Of a DNA stretch of 64,000 nt, positions 1 through 9,057 are shown piece by piece. This DNA comes from Thermoplasmata archaeon. Its GTDB lineage: Archaea > Thermoplasmatota > Thermoplasmata > Lutacidiplasmatales > UBA184. Position 1 is the first letter of the stretch; every line of letters begins with the position of its first letter. The notes under the pieces were generated by a model, which searched no databases, had not been told where the DNA came from, and was given only the letters and a program-made list of their open reading frames with translations. The stretch is from positions 230,965 to 294,964 of the forward strand of contig JAKBSJ010000002.1 of assembly GCA_021844945.1 (NCBI GenBank), in the 5' to 3' direction. The position numbers and the translations under genes were made by a program.

Positions 1-253
1 CGACGAGGCGGCGCAGGACGCTCGGCGCATCGTGACGATACAGTAGGGTCACGGTGGCGACCGAATCCGCCTCCGGGTTCCCCAGCGCCTGCTCCGAGAG
101 CTCCTTCCGTATCAAGGTGCGAATGGCATCAGATCGGCTCGGAGAGTTCCGTTCGCGCACCCAAGAATCCAAGAGGCGCAGTAGACCGGGCTCGAGCGAT
201 ACGCCGATGCGCTCGACGTATTCCTTTCGCTTGCGGCGGGTCGTCCCTCGCAT
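1..253 (-). CDS. NikR/CopG-family ribbon-helix-helix regulator (3' part runs off the window)
   Basis: My own minus-strand translation from ATG 253..251 gives MRGTTRRKRKEYVERIGVSLEPGLLRLLDSWVRERNSPSRSDAIRTLIRKELSEQALGNPEADSVATVTLLYRHDAPSVL. This has an RHH motif followed by the start of a NikR-like C-domain. It is absent from the ORF track because no stop falls inside the window. Confidence 0.55.
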   Translation of the reverse strand, partial: MRGTTRRKRKEYVERIGVSLEPGLLRLLDSWVRERNSPSRSDAIRTLIRKELSEQALGNPEADSVATVTLLYRHDAPSVLRRLV

Positions 254-387
254 GGTAGTTTCCCCTCCAAGACCGGTGGGCCCTTCACGTTACGCCGCGA
301 GCAGGGGGCCGTTCCATGGCGAGGGCCACCGGTTCGGCGCTAGGATGGACCGGCAATGACCCAAATGGGTCGAAGGTGCCGAGATCG

Positions 388-1545
388 TTACCCGCTCGGG
401 CGACGTCGGGACGGTTCCCGAGCCCGCCGGTCGGAGACGATCCCGAGCATCTCGGCGATTTTCTCGGTGGCCTTGGGCAGGGGGAGCTGCATCAGCTCCT
501 CCGGACGTACCCAGGCCTGAGAGGACTGGGGGGGTGGCCGTGCCTGAAGGGGAATTCGTCCGCCGAATGCATGGAGCTCGACGGTGAAGTGGCTGTATGC
601 GTGGTGCACGACACCGACGTACGTCAACCCCGGAGCGGGAGAGCCTACCTCCTCCCTCCACTCGCGCCGAGCGGCCGTGCGCGGGCTCTCGCGAGGTTCG
701 AGCTTGCCGCCGGGAAATTCGTAGAGGCCCCCCAGCAGCCCGGTCGGAGCTCGCTGTTGGACGAGGTAGCGTCCTCCCGACTCGACCACGACGACGGCGG
801 CCACCACGTGGGGTCGGGGCGGGCGTCGGCGCCTCCGAGGCAGCGACCCAGGGTCGTCCAAAATCGCGTACGCCCGACAGTGCTCTTGTACCGGGCAGCG
901 GGGGCAATCGGGGTGGGACGGAAGGCAGACCGTCTCCCCGAGCTCCATCAGAGCTTCGTTGAACCGTCCGGGGTGCCGGCGAGGGAGGACTCCCTCGAGA
1001 TCCTGCACGAGTCGCTTTGTCACGGCTGTCGAACGAACGTCCCCCCGTTCGGCCCACCAACGAGCGGCCACCCGCCGACCGTTGGCCTCGAGAGCGACTA
1101 CCGGGAGGTCGAACGCGATCGCCGCGATCGCGCGTGCGATGTACGGGCCGACCCCCGGCAAGGTCTCCAGCTCGTCCACGGTCTGCGGGAATATCCCTCG
1201 TCGCTCGGTCACGATCTGCCGCGCGGCGGCGTGAAGGTTCCTCGCTCGGGAGTAGTATCCCGCTCCCTGCCAGATCTTCAACACCGAAGGGAGCGGTGCG
1301 CGGGCGAGCGACCGAACGGTCGGGAAGCGAGCGAGGAACCGCTCGTAGTAGGGCATCGCCTGAGCGACCCGGGTCTGCTGGAGCATCACTTCGGCGACCC
1401 AAACCGAGTACGGGTCGTGCGAGCGTCTCCACGGTAAGGGGCGACGCGACCGGTCGAACCAGGCCACGAGCGCCGACCCGACCGACGCGCTCGGTACGGC
1501 GCGCGGCGGTCGCGAAAGGGCCACCGTCTCCTCGGCCCGACGCAT
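388..1545 (-). CDS. mutY: A/G-specific adenine DNA glycosylase (MutY) with C-terminal NUDIX-like domain
   Basis: 385-aa ORF. It has LPWRR..DPYSVWVAEVMLQQTRV..YYERF, an HhH region (GVGPYIARAIAAIAF) and a 4Cys cluster (CLPSHPDCPRCPVQEHC), then a MutT-like tail. Confidence 0.85.
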   Translation of the reverse strand: MRRAEETVALSRPPRAVPSASVGSALVAWFDRSRRPLPWRRSHDPYSVWVAEVMLQQTRVAQAMPYYERFLARFPTVRSLARAPLPSVLKIWQGAGYYSRARNLHAAARQIVTERRGIFPQTVDELETLPGVGPYIARAIAAIAFDLPVVALEANGRRVAARWWAERGDVRSTAVTKRLVQDLEGVLPRRHPGRFNEALMELGETVCLPSHPDCPRCPVQEHCRAYAILDDPGSLPRRRRRPPRPHVVAAVVVVESGGRYLVQQRAPTGLLGGLYEFPGGKLEPRESPRTAARREWREEVGSPAPGLTYVGVVHHAYSHFTVELHAFGGRIPLQARPPPQSSQAWVRPEELMQLPLPKATEKIAEMLGIVSDRRAREPSRRRPSG

Positions 1546-1595
1546 CGACCTACAGCTTAAAGCGGGCCCGGCCCTCGAATCGCGGCTTCACCATC

Positions 1596-1940
1596 ATGAG
1601 CGGAATGGTCGTCGTCACCGACGACAACTTCGAGCGGGAAGTGATCCACTCCCGATTGCCCGTCGTTGTCGACTTCACCGCCGAGTGGTGCGCGCCGTGT
1701 CGCATCACCGAGCCGATACTCAAGGAGCTCAGCCAGAAGCTCGATGGACGAGTCAAGTTCGCGAAAGTCGAGGTCGACAGCGCCGACCGGACGACCCGTG
1801 CCTACGGGATCCATTCGATCCCGACGTACCTCTTCGTCGTGGAAGGAAAGGAGAAAGGGCGCGAGATCGGCCCGGTAGAACCGGCCGAGTTCCGTTCGAT
1901 CCTGAAGCGCTACTTCGACTTCGCCCGATCCCCGCGCTAG
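1596..1940 (+). CDS. trxA: thioredoxin
   Basis: Internal ATG at 1596, in frame within ORF 1017..1940. The sequence MSGMVVVTDDNFEREV..VVDFTAEWCAPCR..IPTYLF has a WCxPC active site. The upstream part of the ORF is Arg/Pro-rich shadow of mutY. Confidence 0.85.
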   Translation: MSGMVVVTDDNFEREVIHSRLPVVVDFTAEWCAPCRITEPILKELSQKLDGRVKFAKVEVDSADRTTRAYGIHSIPTYLFVVEGKEKGREIGPVEPAEFRSILKRYFDFARSPR

Positions 1941-2127
1941 CCGTTCCTTCGCGCCGTCGACCCGGACCCCTAACCCCTTGGTCGGGTGCCCTCCCCGCAG
2001 GTCCGCGGAACATCGCCGACGCGTAGCGCGCGAAGGAGGAAGCATCCCCGCCGCTCGGTGTCGACTCCTGCCGTCGGTCGGTCGCAGGATCTACTCGGCG
2101 GCGCGATCGCGGAGGGTAGCGGGATTA

Positions 2128-3717
2128 TCAATGGCGGAAAACGCGCCAGCCCGTGAAGAGCATCGAGATATGATAGCGCTCGGCCATCGCGATCACCTCG
2201 GGATCGCGCATGCTACCGCCCGGCTGGAGTATCGCGCGCACGCCGGCCTTGCCGGCGATCTCGACGCCATCGGCGAACGGGAAGAACGCGTCGGACGCGA
2301 GCACCGCTCCTTTCGCCCGGTCCCCTGCGATCTCACACGCCAGCTGGACCGACTTCGCCCGGGTCGGCTGACCGCCTCCGATCCCCACGGTCTTCGATCC
2401 CTGGGCGAGGACGATCGCGTTCGACTTCGTGTGACGGACGACACGCCAGGCGAAGTCGAGCGAGAAGGCCGTCTCACCGTTGATCGGCGGGCCGGCTACG
2501 AGACGGAACTCGTGGGGAGCGAGTTGGCGTTGGTCCACCTCTTGAAGGAGAAGGTAATCGAGCGCGCTGTGCGCCTCCCATCGGGTCGGCCCGAGGGTTC
2601 GCGGGGTCATGCGGACGAGTTTGATCTTCGGGCGCTTGTCGAGCAGCTCCTTGGCCGACGGTTCGAAGTCGGGGGCGGCCAGGAGGTCGACAAAAACTCC
2701 CTTGAATCCTATCAGATCGGCCGGTCCAAGGCGTCGATTGACCGCCACGGCGCAGCCATACCGGGCCACCGGGTCGGTGACGATCGCGCCTTCGACCGCT
2801 TCGCCGATCGTGTTCCCGGAGGCGACGCCGCACGGCGTGGCGTGCTTCACCACCGTTGCGCTCGGGGTCCGGAACTCCGCGACCGTGGCCCGCGCGGTCT
2901 CGAGGTCCAAGAGGTTGGTGAACGAGAGCGGATCGCCCTTGATCTGCTCGAACGGTTCGCCCGTGAGGCCCGCGCCCGGCGAGGCCGCGGTGTAAACGGC
3001 CGAACGTTGGTGGGGGTTCTCGCCGTAGCGAAGGCGCAGCGGCGCCCGGCGAAAGACGACCTCCGGGGGAAACGGGTCTTCCTGGGAGATGGCCGAAGAG
3101 ATCCCGCGGGCGATGGCGCCGTCGTAGGCGGAAATCCTTCGGAACGCCTCGACTGCCAAGTTCCGACGAGTGGCCGCCGACAATGCCCCGGACGCGGCGC
3201 GCAGCTCGTCCAGGACCGGAGCGTATTGACGAGGGTCGAGCACGACCGCGACCCGGGAATGGTTCTTCGCCGCCGCTCGGGCCAGGGTGACGCCGCCGAT
3301 GTCGATGTACTCCTCGTGGTCGCTCTGCGTCGGGTGCTCGGTGAGATGCTTCTCGAACGGGTACAGTTCGACGACGACCAGATCGAATCGAAGGAAGCCG
3401 CGTTCGCCCAGCTCCTTCTCGCCTTCGGCGGTCGCCGCCGAAAGGATCCCCGCGAGGAGTGCCGGATGCAGGGTCTTGATCCGGCCGCCGAACCACGAAC
3501 CGATCCCCGTGAGGTCCTCGGCGGCTCGGGCCGGCACCCCCGCCGCTGCGAGGGCCTGCCGGGTACCTCGCGTCGCCCAGAGTTCTATGCCGAGGTCGGT
3601 GAGCCCCCGCGCGAAATCCGCGAGCCCACTCTTATCATCCACCGAAAGGAGAGCCCGCTCGACGCGAACCCTTCCGGCTCCCGGCTCTGCCAATCCCTTA
3701 CCCCTTACGGGGAGCAT
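2128..3717 (-). CDS. purH: bifunctional AICAR formyltransferase / IMP cyclohydrolase
   Basis: It has an MGS-like N-domain (ALLSVDDKSGLADFARGL..GGRIKTLHPALLAGIL) and an AICARFT domain. The start is placed at Met53 of ORF 2128..3873 so that it does not overlap the Pop5 gene. The start is uncertain. Confidence 0.85.
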   Translation of the reverse strand: MLPVRGKGLAEPGAGRVRVERALLSVDDKSGLADFARGLTDLGIELWATRGTRQALAAAGVPARAAEDLTGIGSWFGGRIKTLHPALLAGILSAATAEGEKELGERGFLRFDLVVVELYPFEKHLTEHPTQSDHEEYIDIGGVTLARAAAKNHSRVAVVLDPRQYAPVLDELRAASGALSAATRRNLAVEAFRRISAYDGAIARGISSAISQEDPFPPEVVFRRAPLRLRYGENPHQRSAVYTAASPGAGLTGEPFEQIKGDPLSFTNLLDLETARATVAEFRTPSATVVKHATPCGVASGNTIGEAVEGAIVTDPVARYGCAVAVNRRLGPADLIGFKGVFVDLLAAPDFEPSAKELLDKRPKIKLVRMTPRTLGPTRWEAHSALDYLLLQEVDQRQLAPHEFRLVAGPPINGETAFSLDFAWRVVRHTKSNAIVLAQGSKTVGIGGGQPTRAKSVQLACEIAGDRAKGAVLASDAFFPFADGVEIAGKAGVRAILQPGGSMRDPEVIAMAERYHISMLFTGWRVFRH

Positions 3718-3755
3718 GCAATCCAGATAATGCTCGCGGGCGGTGGCGGGGCCGA

Positions 3756-4112
3756 TCAGCCCGACGACCCGCTCGTTTTCCGCCGGATCCAGCTCTTCGC
3801 GCCGACGAGAGTTCCCCAAGTGCGGATCGTGCGGATCGACCAACGACCTGCGGGGCGCGAGGTGGCGTTCCATCGGGCGCGAGCGAACGTCATCGTATGC
3901 TGATCGACGACGACGATCGCGCGACGGGCATCCGACCGTATCACGCGGTAGCTGAGCGATGGAGGCGACGGCGAACCGATGTCATCAAGGACCCGACGCC
4001 ATGCATCGGGGGACCCTACCGGGACGAGCTCCCCCGCCACCTCGATCCCGAGGTAGCGGGGGCGGGAAGGGGTTCGCTTACCGGACGAGGTCGATGACTT
4101 CCTCGGACTCAC
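3756..4112 (-). CDS. rnp2: RNase P protein component 2 (Pop5/Rpp14 family)
   Basis: 118-aa ORF. RYLGIEV...RRAIVVVDQHTMTFARARW...IRTIRTWGTLVGAK follows the archaeal Pop5 pattern (RYIAF.V ... I.T..vSGTi...). The GTG start overlaps the ftsZ 3' end by 35 nt. Confidence 0.6.
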   Translation of the reverse strand: MSPRKSSTSSGKRTPSRPRYLGIEVAGELVPVGSPDAWRRVLDDIGSPSPPSLSYRVIRSDARRAIVVVDQHTMTFARARWNATSRPAGRWSIRTIRTWGTLVGAKSWIRRKTSGSSG

Positions 4113-5211
4113 CGGCCGCGTAGCCCCCCTTCTGGCCGAGGAGGCTGGTCGCGCGGACTCCCGTGATGATTAGGAGCACCTTGATGGTGTTCTCCATCTC
4201 GGGGGACGACTCGACCGAGCACCCCCAAATGATGCGGGCGCGCTTGGAGATCTTGCCACCTACGAGCGACGCGGCCTTCTCCGCCTCGGAGACCGTCATC
4301 GTCGGTCCGCCGATGACGCGCACGAGCGCGCCGGTGGCGTCCTTGAGCTCCACGCTGCCGAGCAGCGGGCTCGTCAGGGCTTCGGTGACCGCTTCGTTCA
4401 CCCGGTCGGTCGCGCTCTCGCTCTCGCCGAGGCCGATCAGGGCGACCCCGCCGTCCTTCATGACCGTCAGGATGTCGGCGTAGTCGAGATTGACCAGCCC
4501 GGGGCGCGTCACGATTTCGGCGATCCCTTTGATCGCGGTCATCAGGACTGCGTCCGCGAGTTTGAACGCCGCATCGAGCGGCATGCGCGGGACGAGCTCG
4601 AGCAGCTTGTCGTTCTGGATGACGATCGTCGTATCGCAGACGCGGCGCAGGCGCTCGAGGCCGTCGCGGGCCTGCTCCATGCGCGCCGTCCCCTCGCCGG
4701 CGAACGGAAGGGTGACGACGCCCATCGTGAGCGCGCCGCTCTCCTTCGCGAGACGCGCCACGAGGTGCGCGGAGCCGGTCCCGGTTCCACCGCCCATCCC
4801 GGCGGTCACGAATACGATATGAGCTCCCTGGATGAATTGTCGGATCTCTTCCTCGTTCTCCCGCGCCGCCTCTTCGCCGATCTCGGGGCGAGCGCCGGCG
4901 CCCAAGCCCTTGGTGGCCCGGCGGCCAATGAGGATCTTCCGAGGCGCGTGGATGGTGAGAAGGTGCTTCGCATCGGTGTTGATGGCGCACATCTCCGCGC
5001 CTTGGATGCCTTCCTCAACGCAACGGTTGATCGTGTTCGATCCGCCGCCTCCGCACCCGACGATCCGGATGTTGACCTTCAACGTCTCCGCTAGTTTCGC
5101 GAGCTCCGCGTCGTCCGCGCTCGCGTACGTCGGAGCATCGGCCTTCTTCTCCTCGACGAGGGCCTGGTCGTCCTGGTGCTTCGCGATCGCTTCCTGAATG
5201 ATGGATTTCAT
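4078..5211 (-). CDS. ftsZ: cell division GTPase FtsZ
   Basis: It has IVGCGGGGSNTINR, the tubulin signature GMGGGTGTGSA and NTDAKHL. A GGAG sits about 10 nt upstream of the ATG. Confidence 0.95.
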   Translation of the reverse strand: MKSIIQEAIAKHQDDQALVEEKKADAPTYASADDAELAKLAETLKVNIRIVGCGGGGSNTINRCVEEGIQGAEMCAINTDAKHLLTIHAPRKILIGRRATKGLGAGARPEIGEEAARENEEEIRQFIQGAHIVFVTAGMGGGTGTGSAHLVARLAKESGALTMGVVTLPFAGEGTARMEQARDGLERLRRVCDTTIVIQNDKLLELVPRMPLDAAFKLADAVLMTAIKGIAEIVTRPGLVNLDYADILTVMKDGGVALIGLGESESATDRVNEAVTEALTSPLLGSVELKDATGALVRVIGGPTMTVSEAEKAASLVGGKISKRARIIWGCSVESSPEMENTIKVLLIITGVRATSLLGQKGGYAAGESEEVIDLVR

Positions 5212-5323
5212 CGTTGGCTCCGTTTGTCAGACGAGCGTCATACGCTCTAGCAACGACTCGGAGATTCGCTACTTAAACGTTTGTTTGGACCGGCGCTTGT
5301 GGCTAAAATCCCGGCGAGGAACG

Positions 5324-5356
5324 AATTTAGCGACAGGCGAGGGCAATTTAGCGACA
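5324..5356. promoter_or_regulatory. two exact 12-nt direct repeats AATTTAGCGACA spaced 21 nt apart, upstream of ftsZ
   Basis: The repeats are at 5324..5335 and 5345..5356, with a one-mismatch partial copy, TTTAGCTAC, at 5443..5451. They lie in the AT-richer 320-nt ftsZ upstream gap. A TATA-like TTTAAGT (minus-strand sense) is at about 5273..5279. Confidence 0.5.
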
Positions 5357-5531
5357 CGACGTTTGGACTCGGCGTTTGCGGTGATGATACCGGTGATGGC
5401 CGAGTCGAGGGCCGACGACTCGATCCTAGCTGCAAGAGACCCTTTAGCTACGAAACCCGAAGAACACGAACTCCGCTCCTGACACTAGACGCTATCCCGA
5501 AGGACGGAGCGGGTGGTTCCCGGCTCTCGAC

Positions 5532-6917
5532 CTAGGGGCGTCGGCGCAGTACGACCGCGATCGCTCCCGCCGCGACGGCCGCTACGACCACACCTACGAC
5601 AATCCAGGCGGTCGTCGAGCTCTCGAACATCGATGGCGGCAGGCTCGAGGTACTGCCGGACGAGCAGGAGCCTATCTGGAGGCAGGCGGCGGTAGTTCCC
5701 GCCGAGCTAGCGGTCATCGGGTGCGCGTCCTCCGTCTGAGGGGCGATCCCGTTCTGGGCAAAGCCCGAGACGCCTGAGGCGTCCGTCGCTGCCGCCGAGA
5801 ACGTCACGCCCGACATCGGGTCGCGTACGCTGCCACCGGACGAGACCAGGAGGTACGTCGGACCGAGCGAAGCGCTCGCGCTGGCGAACGCCACACTGGA
5901 CCACGACCCACCCCAACCCTGACCCCACGCCCTCGCCGACGCCGCGCCGTCGACCACGTACGGTCCGATCATCTCGAGATTCCGCGTACTGAGACCAAAC
6001 CGTACGATTGCGGCATGGTCTCCGTCGATATGACCCCAGACCGAGCCGCTACGCCCGACGAGGGTCACGTTGCCAGACAGGGGGCCGATCGAGCCGTTGA
6101 CGCCGCCGGTCGAGGTTCCCGAGATGTGCGGGAGCGAGACGTTGATCGACCACTGGGCGGCCCACGCGCCGGCGAGGCTGTACGCGGCGATGCTGGACCA
6201 CAGCTCGCCCCGAGTCAGGTTCCCGGTCGGGTAGAGTCCCAGCGCCGGGTTGAACGCGACGTTCGAGTTCGAGGCGTAGGTCGCGTCCGCCACCACCGAG
6301 TACGTGCGGGGCGTTGGCGGGGTCGCATTCGTACTCGTGGGTTGGACCATGACGTACATGGCCTCGGAGTCGTGAGAGCGGCTTTGCGTGGCCGCGTTGA
6401 TCAGTCCGATCGCCGTGACCGGCGTGCCAGTCCGGTTCTCCCCTTCGAAGCGGGACGATCCGTTGTACACGGTGACGGTCGCGGTGTCGGTCAGGTTCGC
6501 CCAGCTATCATGGACCTCGGAGGCAACGTAGGTGATGTTGGCTGTCTCGACCGGGGCCGAACAGTTGGGCCGGCAGAATTCGAGGTGGAAAAAGATCCCG
6601 ACGGTCTCTTGATAGTGGACCGTGGTGACATTGGCGCTCACGTTGGTAGTGGTTTCGTTCACGACGAACCCCTCGCTCGCATTGCCGTAGTACACGCCAC
6701 CGAATACGGTTCCGTTGAACGTCGTGTTGGTGACGTTACCGTATGACCCCGACGCCCCGCTCCCCACCGACGAGGGGAGCGGCACTGCCTGGGCCGCGGG
6801 GTTACCTCCGAGCCCTAGGGCCGGCGCCACGAACAGGCTCGCAACGAGAACCGCGAGTACCGTACCCACGACCAACGGGCCGCGAATCGTCGCTCGTAGC
6901 GCGGAATGTGTCGACAT
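5532..6917 (-). CDS. secreted, membrane-anchored surface glycoprotein candidate
   Basis: It has an N-terminal signal/TM segment (GPLVVGTVLAVLVASLFVAPALG) and about 18 N-x-S/T sequons (NVTNTTFNGT, NASEG, NETTTNVSANVTT and others). A Ser/Thr-rich stalk leads to a C-terminal TM helix followed by RRRP. The start is taken at Met17 of the ORF. Confidence 0.6.
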   Translation of the reverse strand: MSTHSALRATIRGPLVVGTVLAVLVASLFVAPALGLGGNPAAQAVPLPSSVGSGASGSYGNVTNTTFNGTVFGGVYYGNASEGFVVNETTTNVSANVTTVHYQETVGIFFHLEFCRPNCSAPVETANITYVASEVHDSWANLTDTATVTVYNGSSRFEGENRTGTPVTAIGLINAATQSRSHDSEAMYVMVQPTSTNATPPTPRTYSVVADATYASNSNVAFNPALGLYPTGNLTRGELWSSIAAYSLAGAWAAQWSINVSLPHISGTSTGGVNGSIGPLSGNVTLVGRSGSVWGHIDGDHAAIVRFGLSTRNLEMIGPYVVDGAASARAWGQGWGGSWSSVAFASASASLGPTYLLVSSGGSVRDPMSGVTFSAAATDASGVSGFAQNGIAPQTEDAHPMTASSAGTTAACLQIGSCSSGSTSSLPPSMFESSTTAWIVVGVVVAAVAAGAIAVVLRRRP

Positions 6918-7052
6918 CGCTCCTTCTGCCTCGCCCCCTCCCACATCCGAAGGGCAGATAGCCACTCGTTTCTCGACGGTCCGTGGATATTGGACCGTGT
7001 GCTAACCTCTCGCCGACGTCCGGCCCGATGCGGTCGTCGGCCCGACGCGGAT

Positions 7053-7565
7053 CTACGTCATCTCGGGCGGCGCGAGATCGTGCTGCCACATCACACCGAT
7101 GATCTCGCCGAGGTGATGCGCCTGTTCGAATGTCGCTTGGAGGAGCCCGTCGGCCGCGGCGTAGCGGCCCGGCATCCAGGAGGTGTGGACGGGTCGCGCG
7201 AGCGCGCGCGGGCTGACGTCCTCCAAGTAACGGTTCACGGTCCTCCAGACCCGTCGGTCGTAGGTACGAAAGCCGGCCCAGTCCTTCGGCTGACGCGTCG
7301 GGTCCGAGAACAGGGTCTCGAGCTGGGGGTTCGAGGTCCGCCCCTGGACGATGTACCCGACCCAGACCTCGTGGACGTTCAGGATGTGCACGAGGGTGCC
7401 GAAGAGCGTCCGGTGCCCGATCCCCTCCCGCCGGTAGACCGCTCGCTCGGGCAGGCGACGGATTCGGCGGACGTACCGTTCGAAGAGGCGCTCGTTGTAG
7501 GCGTAGATCGCCCGGGCCTGCGCCGCCGTCAGGACGGCGCCACGACGTCCAGGCGGGCGAATCAT
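7053..7565 (-). CDS. DinB/YfiT-like metal-dependent four-helix-bundle protein
   Basis: 170 aa. The motifs HRTLFGTLVHILNVHEVW and FEQAHHLGEI are typical spaced His motifs of the DinB superfamily. Confidence 0.55.
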   Translation of the reverse strand: MIRPPGRRGAVLTAAQARAIYAYNERLFERYVRRIRRLPERAVYRREGIGHRTLFGTLVHILNVHEVWVGYIVQGRTSNPQLETLFSDPTRQPKDWAGFRTYDRRVWRTVNRYLEDVSPRALARPVHTSWMPGRYAAADGLLQATFEQAHHLGEIIGVMWQHDLAPPEMT

Positions 7566-7651
7566 ACTCGCTCCACTCGCGGGCAGCAGTAAATAGCTCC
7601 GACCCGGGACTTCGCCGGTTTCGGGGATGCTCTCGGATCCATGGGCCCTCC

Positions 7652-8269
7652 TCAGGGTGCGGTAGGCGGCTGCGAAGTCGGAGCGGACGAAGTATCCGCG
7701 TCCGGCGCCTCATCGAAGATGGGAGGCACCCGCATGTTCTCCGGCATCGCAGCACTGGAGGGGGTAGGGGGCGGGCTCGTCGGCTCCTCCATCGCGGATG
7801 GCGTTGCCTCCGCCGGTCCCGCGGGTCGCACCGCGATCAGCAGCATGAAGACCCCCGCAGCGAGAAGGAAGATACCGAGGAGGAGGTAGATCGTCAACCC
7901 GAGGAGCGTGTAGGTGAAGTGCGGTTGGACGACCCCGCCGGCGCCGGTGCATCCGAAGAGATAGTACGTCGTCCCGGGGTTCATCCCGAGCGAGAGCGAG
8001 CCGTTGTTCCCGAGCCCGCGCGCGACGACGCCGGTCGGGGAACTGCACGAAACCGGAGCGCTGGTGATGTAGACGGTGTCGTTCGCTCCCGCGTCGGTCC
8101 ATCGTACGGTCGCCCGAAGCGGTCCGATCGTCGACGGCGTGAGGGTCAGAGCGTGTCCCGGGGGAGCCGTGGCTCCGGTCGGCGCGAGCCCGGAGTACAG
8201 GCTCAGCGCGACGAGCCCCGCCCCGAGCACCAACGCCACAATGCCGACGGCGAGGGTCCCAGTGCGCAC
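7652..8269 (-). CDS. membrane protein with extracellular beta-rich domain and Pro/Ser/Thr-rich cytoplasmic tail
   Basis: It has an N-terminal TM helix (LAVGIVALVLGAGLVALSL) and a second TM helix (LLGLTIYLLLGIFLLAAGVFMLLIAV), followed by a low-complexity tail. I recognise no family. Confidence 0.5.
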   Translation of the reverse strand: MRTGTLAVGIVALVLGAGLVALSLYSGLAPTGATAPPGHALTLTPSTIGPLRATVRWTDAGANDTVYITSAPVSCSSPTGVVARGLGNNGSLSLGMNPGTTYYLFGCTGAGGVVQPHFTYTLLGLTIYLLLGIFLLAAGVFMLLIAVRPAGPAEATPSAMEEPTSPPPTPSSAAMPENMRVPPIFDEAPDADTSSAPTSQPPTAP

Positions 8270-8430
8270 GGCGAGTCGGAAGAGCCGGCGCTCTACTTGA
8301 AGGGGGTCGGGACCGCCTCCCCAGCGTTTATCTCGGGAGCGGCCGTATCACGGATGGGCTGTGGGGTCAGCCCGCGATCCGAACGGGTCGCGAACCGCCA
8401 CCGAGCCGATGACCCCTGGGGAAGAAGGAG

Positions 8431-8892
8431 ATGACCCAGGGGAACCGATCCGAAGGGGACGCGGGACGCGACCAACGGCCGGAGAACTGGCCCGAAGCGT
8501 CCGCGCGCGAGGCACCTTGGGGCCCCCCCTCGCCGGGCGTGGTGGCCGCGCTTCGACCATGGATCGACCTGCGAGAGGTCGGCCCGGAGGAGTTCTACCA
8601 CTGGCTGGTGACGATCGCTCGGCTCCTGCCGGAGCCGGTAAAACCCACGGCTTCCGCGAAAAGCGCCGAGAAACGAATCACCGAGCTCGCGAGGGCCCTC
8701 GCCGATAGCTCGGGAGCGGAGGCCGAATCGCACTTCCGAGCCTCCGAGTACTTTCGCGAGAACGCACTGCTCGCGCGTCGTGTGAAAGCCCTCGAGTCGA
8801 TCCTTCGCACATCACGCCGGGCGGTGCCGCCTCCATCGCCCGGGACCTCGGTCGCGACGGAACGCTACCTTCCGCACAGCGGCGCCCCGTGA
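8431..8892 (+). CDS. hypothetical protein
   Basis: 153-aa ORF with high GC3 in this frame and a helical C-half (EFYHWLVTIARLL..ITELARALADS..ALLARRVKALESIL). There are no recognisable motifs. Confidence 0.35.
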   Translation: MTQGNRSEGDAGRDQRPENWPEASAREAPWGPPSPGVVAALRPWIDLREVGPEEFYHWLVTIARLLPEPVKPTASAKSAEKRITELARALADSSGAEAESHFRASEYFRENALLARRVKALESILRTSRRAVPPPSPGTSVATERYLPHSGAP

Positions 8893-9057
8893 ACCGCTAG
8901 CAGCCTCCCTTCACGACGGTCGCCGGTTCGCGAGACCGTCGACCACCTATCGTGCGCCGGCGCTCCTAATGAACGCCGACTTGGACGAGCTGCCGAGCCG
9001 CCCTCCCTCGACCCGCTTCAGGGCCGTGCTTATCGGCCCCGCCCGGTTGGCCCTGAT

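Noticed and set aside
290-1437. Two long ORFs (290..1432 minus, 316..1437 plus) overlapping mutY
   Set aside because: They are Arg/Pro/Gly/Ser-rich translations with no motifs. They lie in alternative or antisense frames of a gene with clear MutY motifs, so they are typical high-GC shadow ORFs.
1978-3903. 641-aa plus-strand ORF antisense to purH
   Set aside because: Its composition is shadow-like (R, G, E, D and P runs), and it exactly covers the well-supported purH on the opposite strand.
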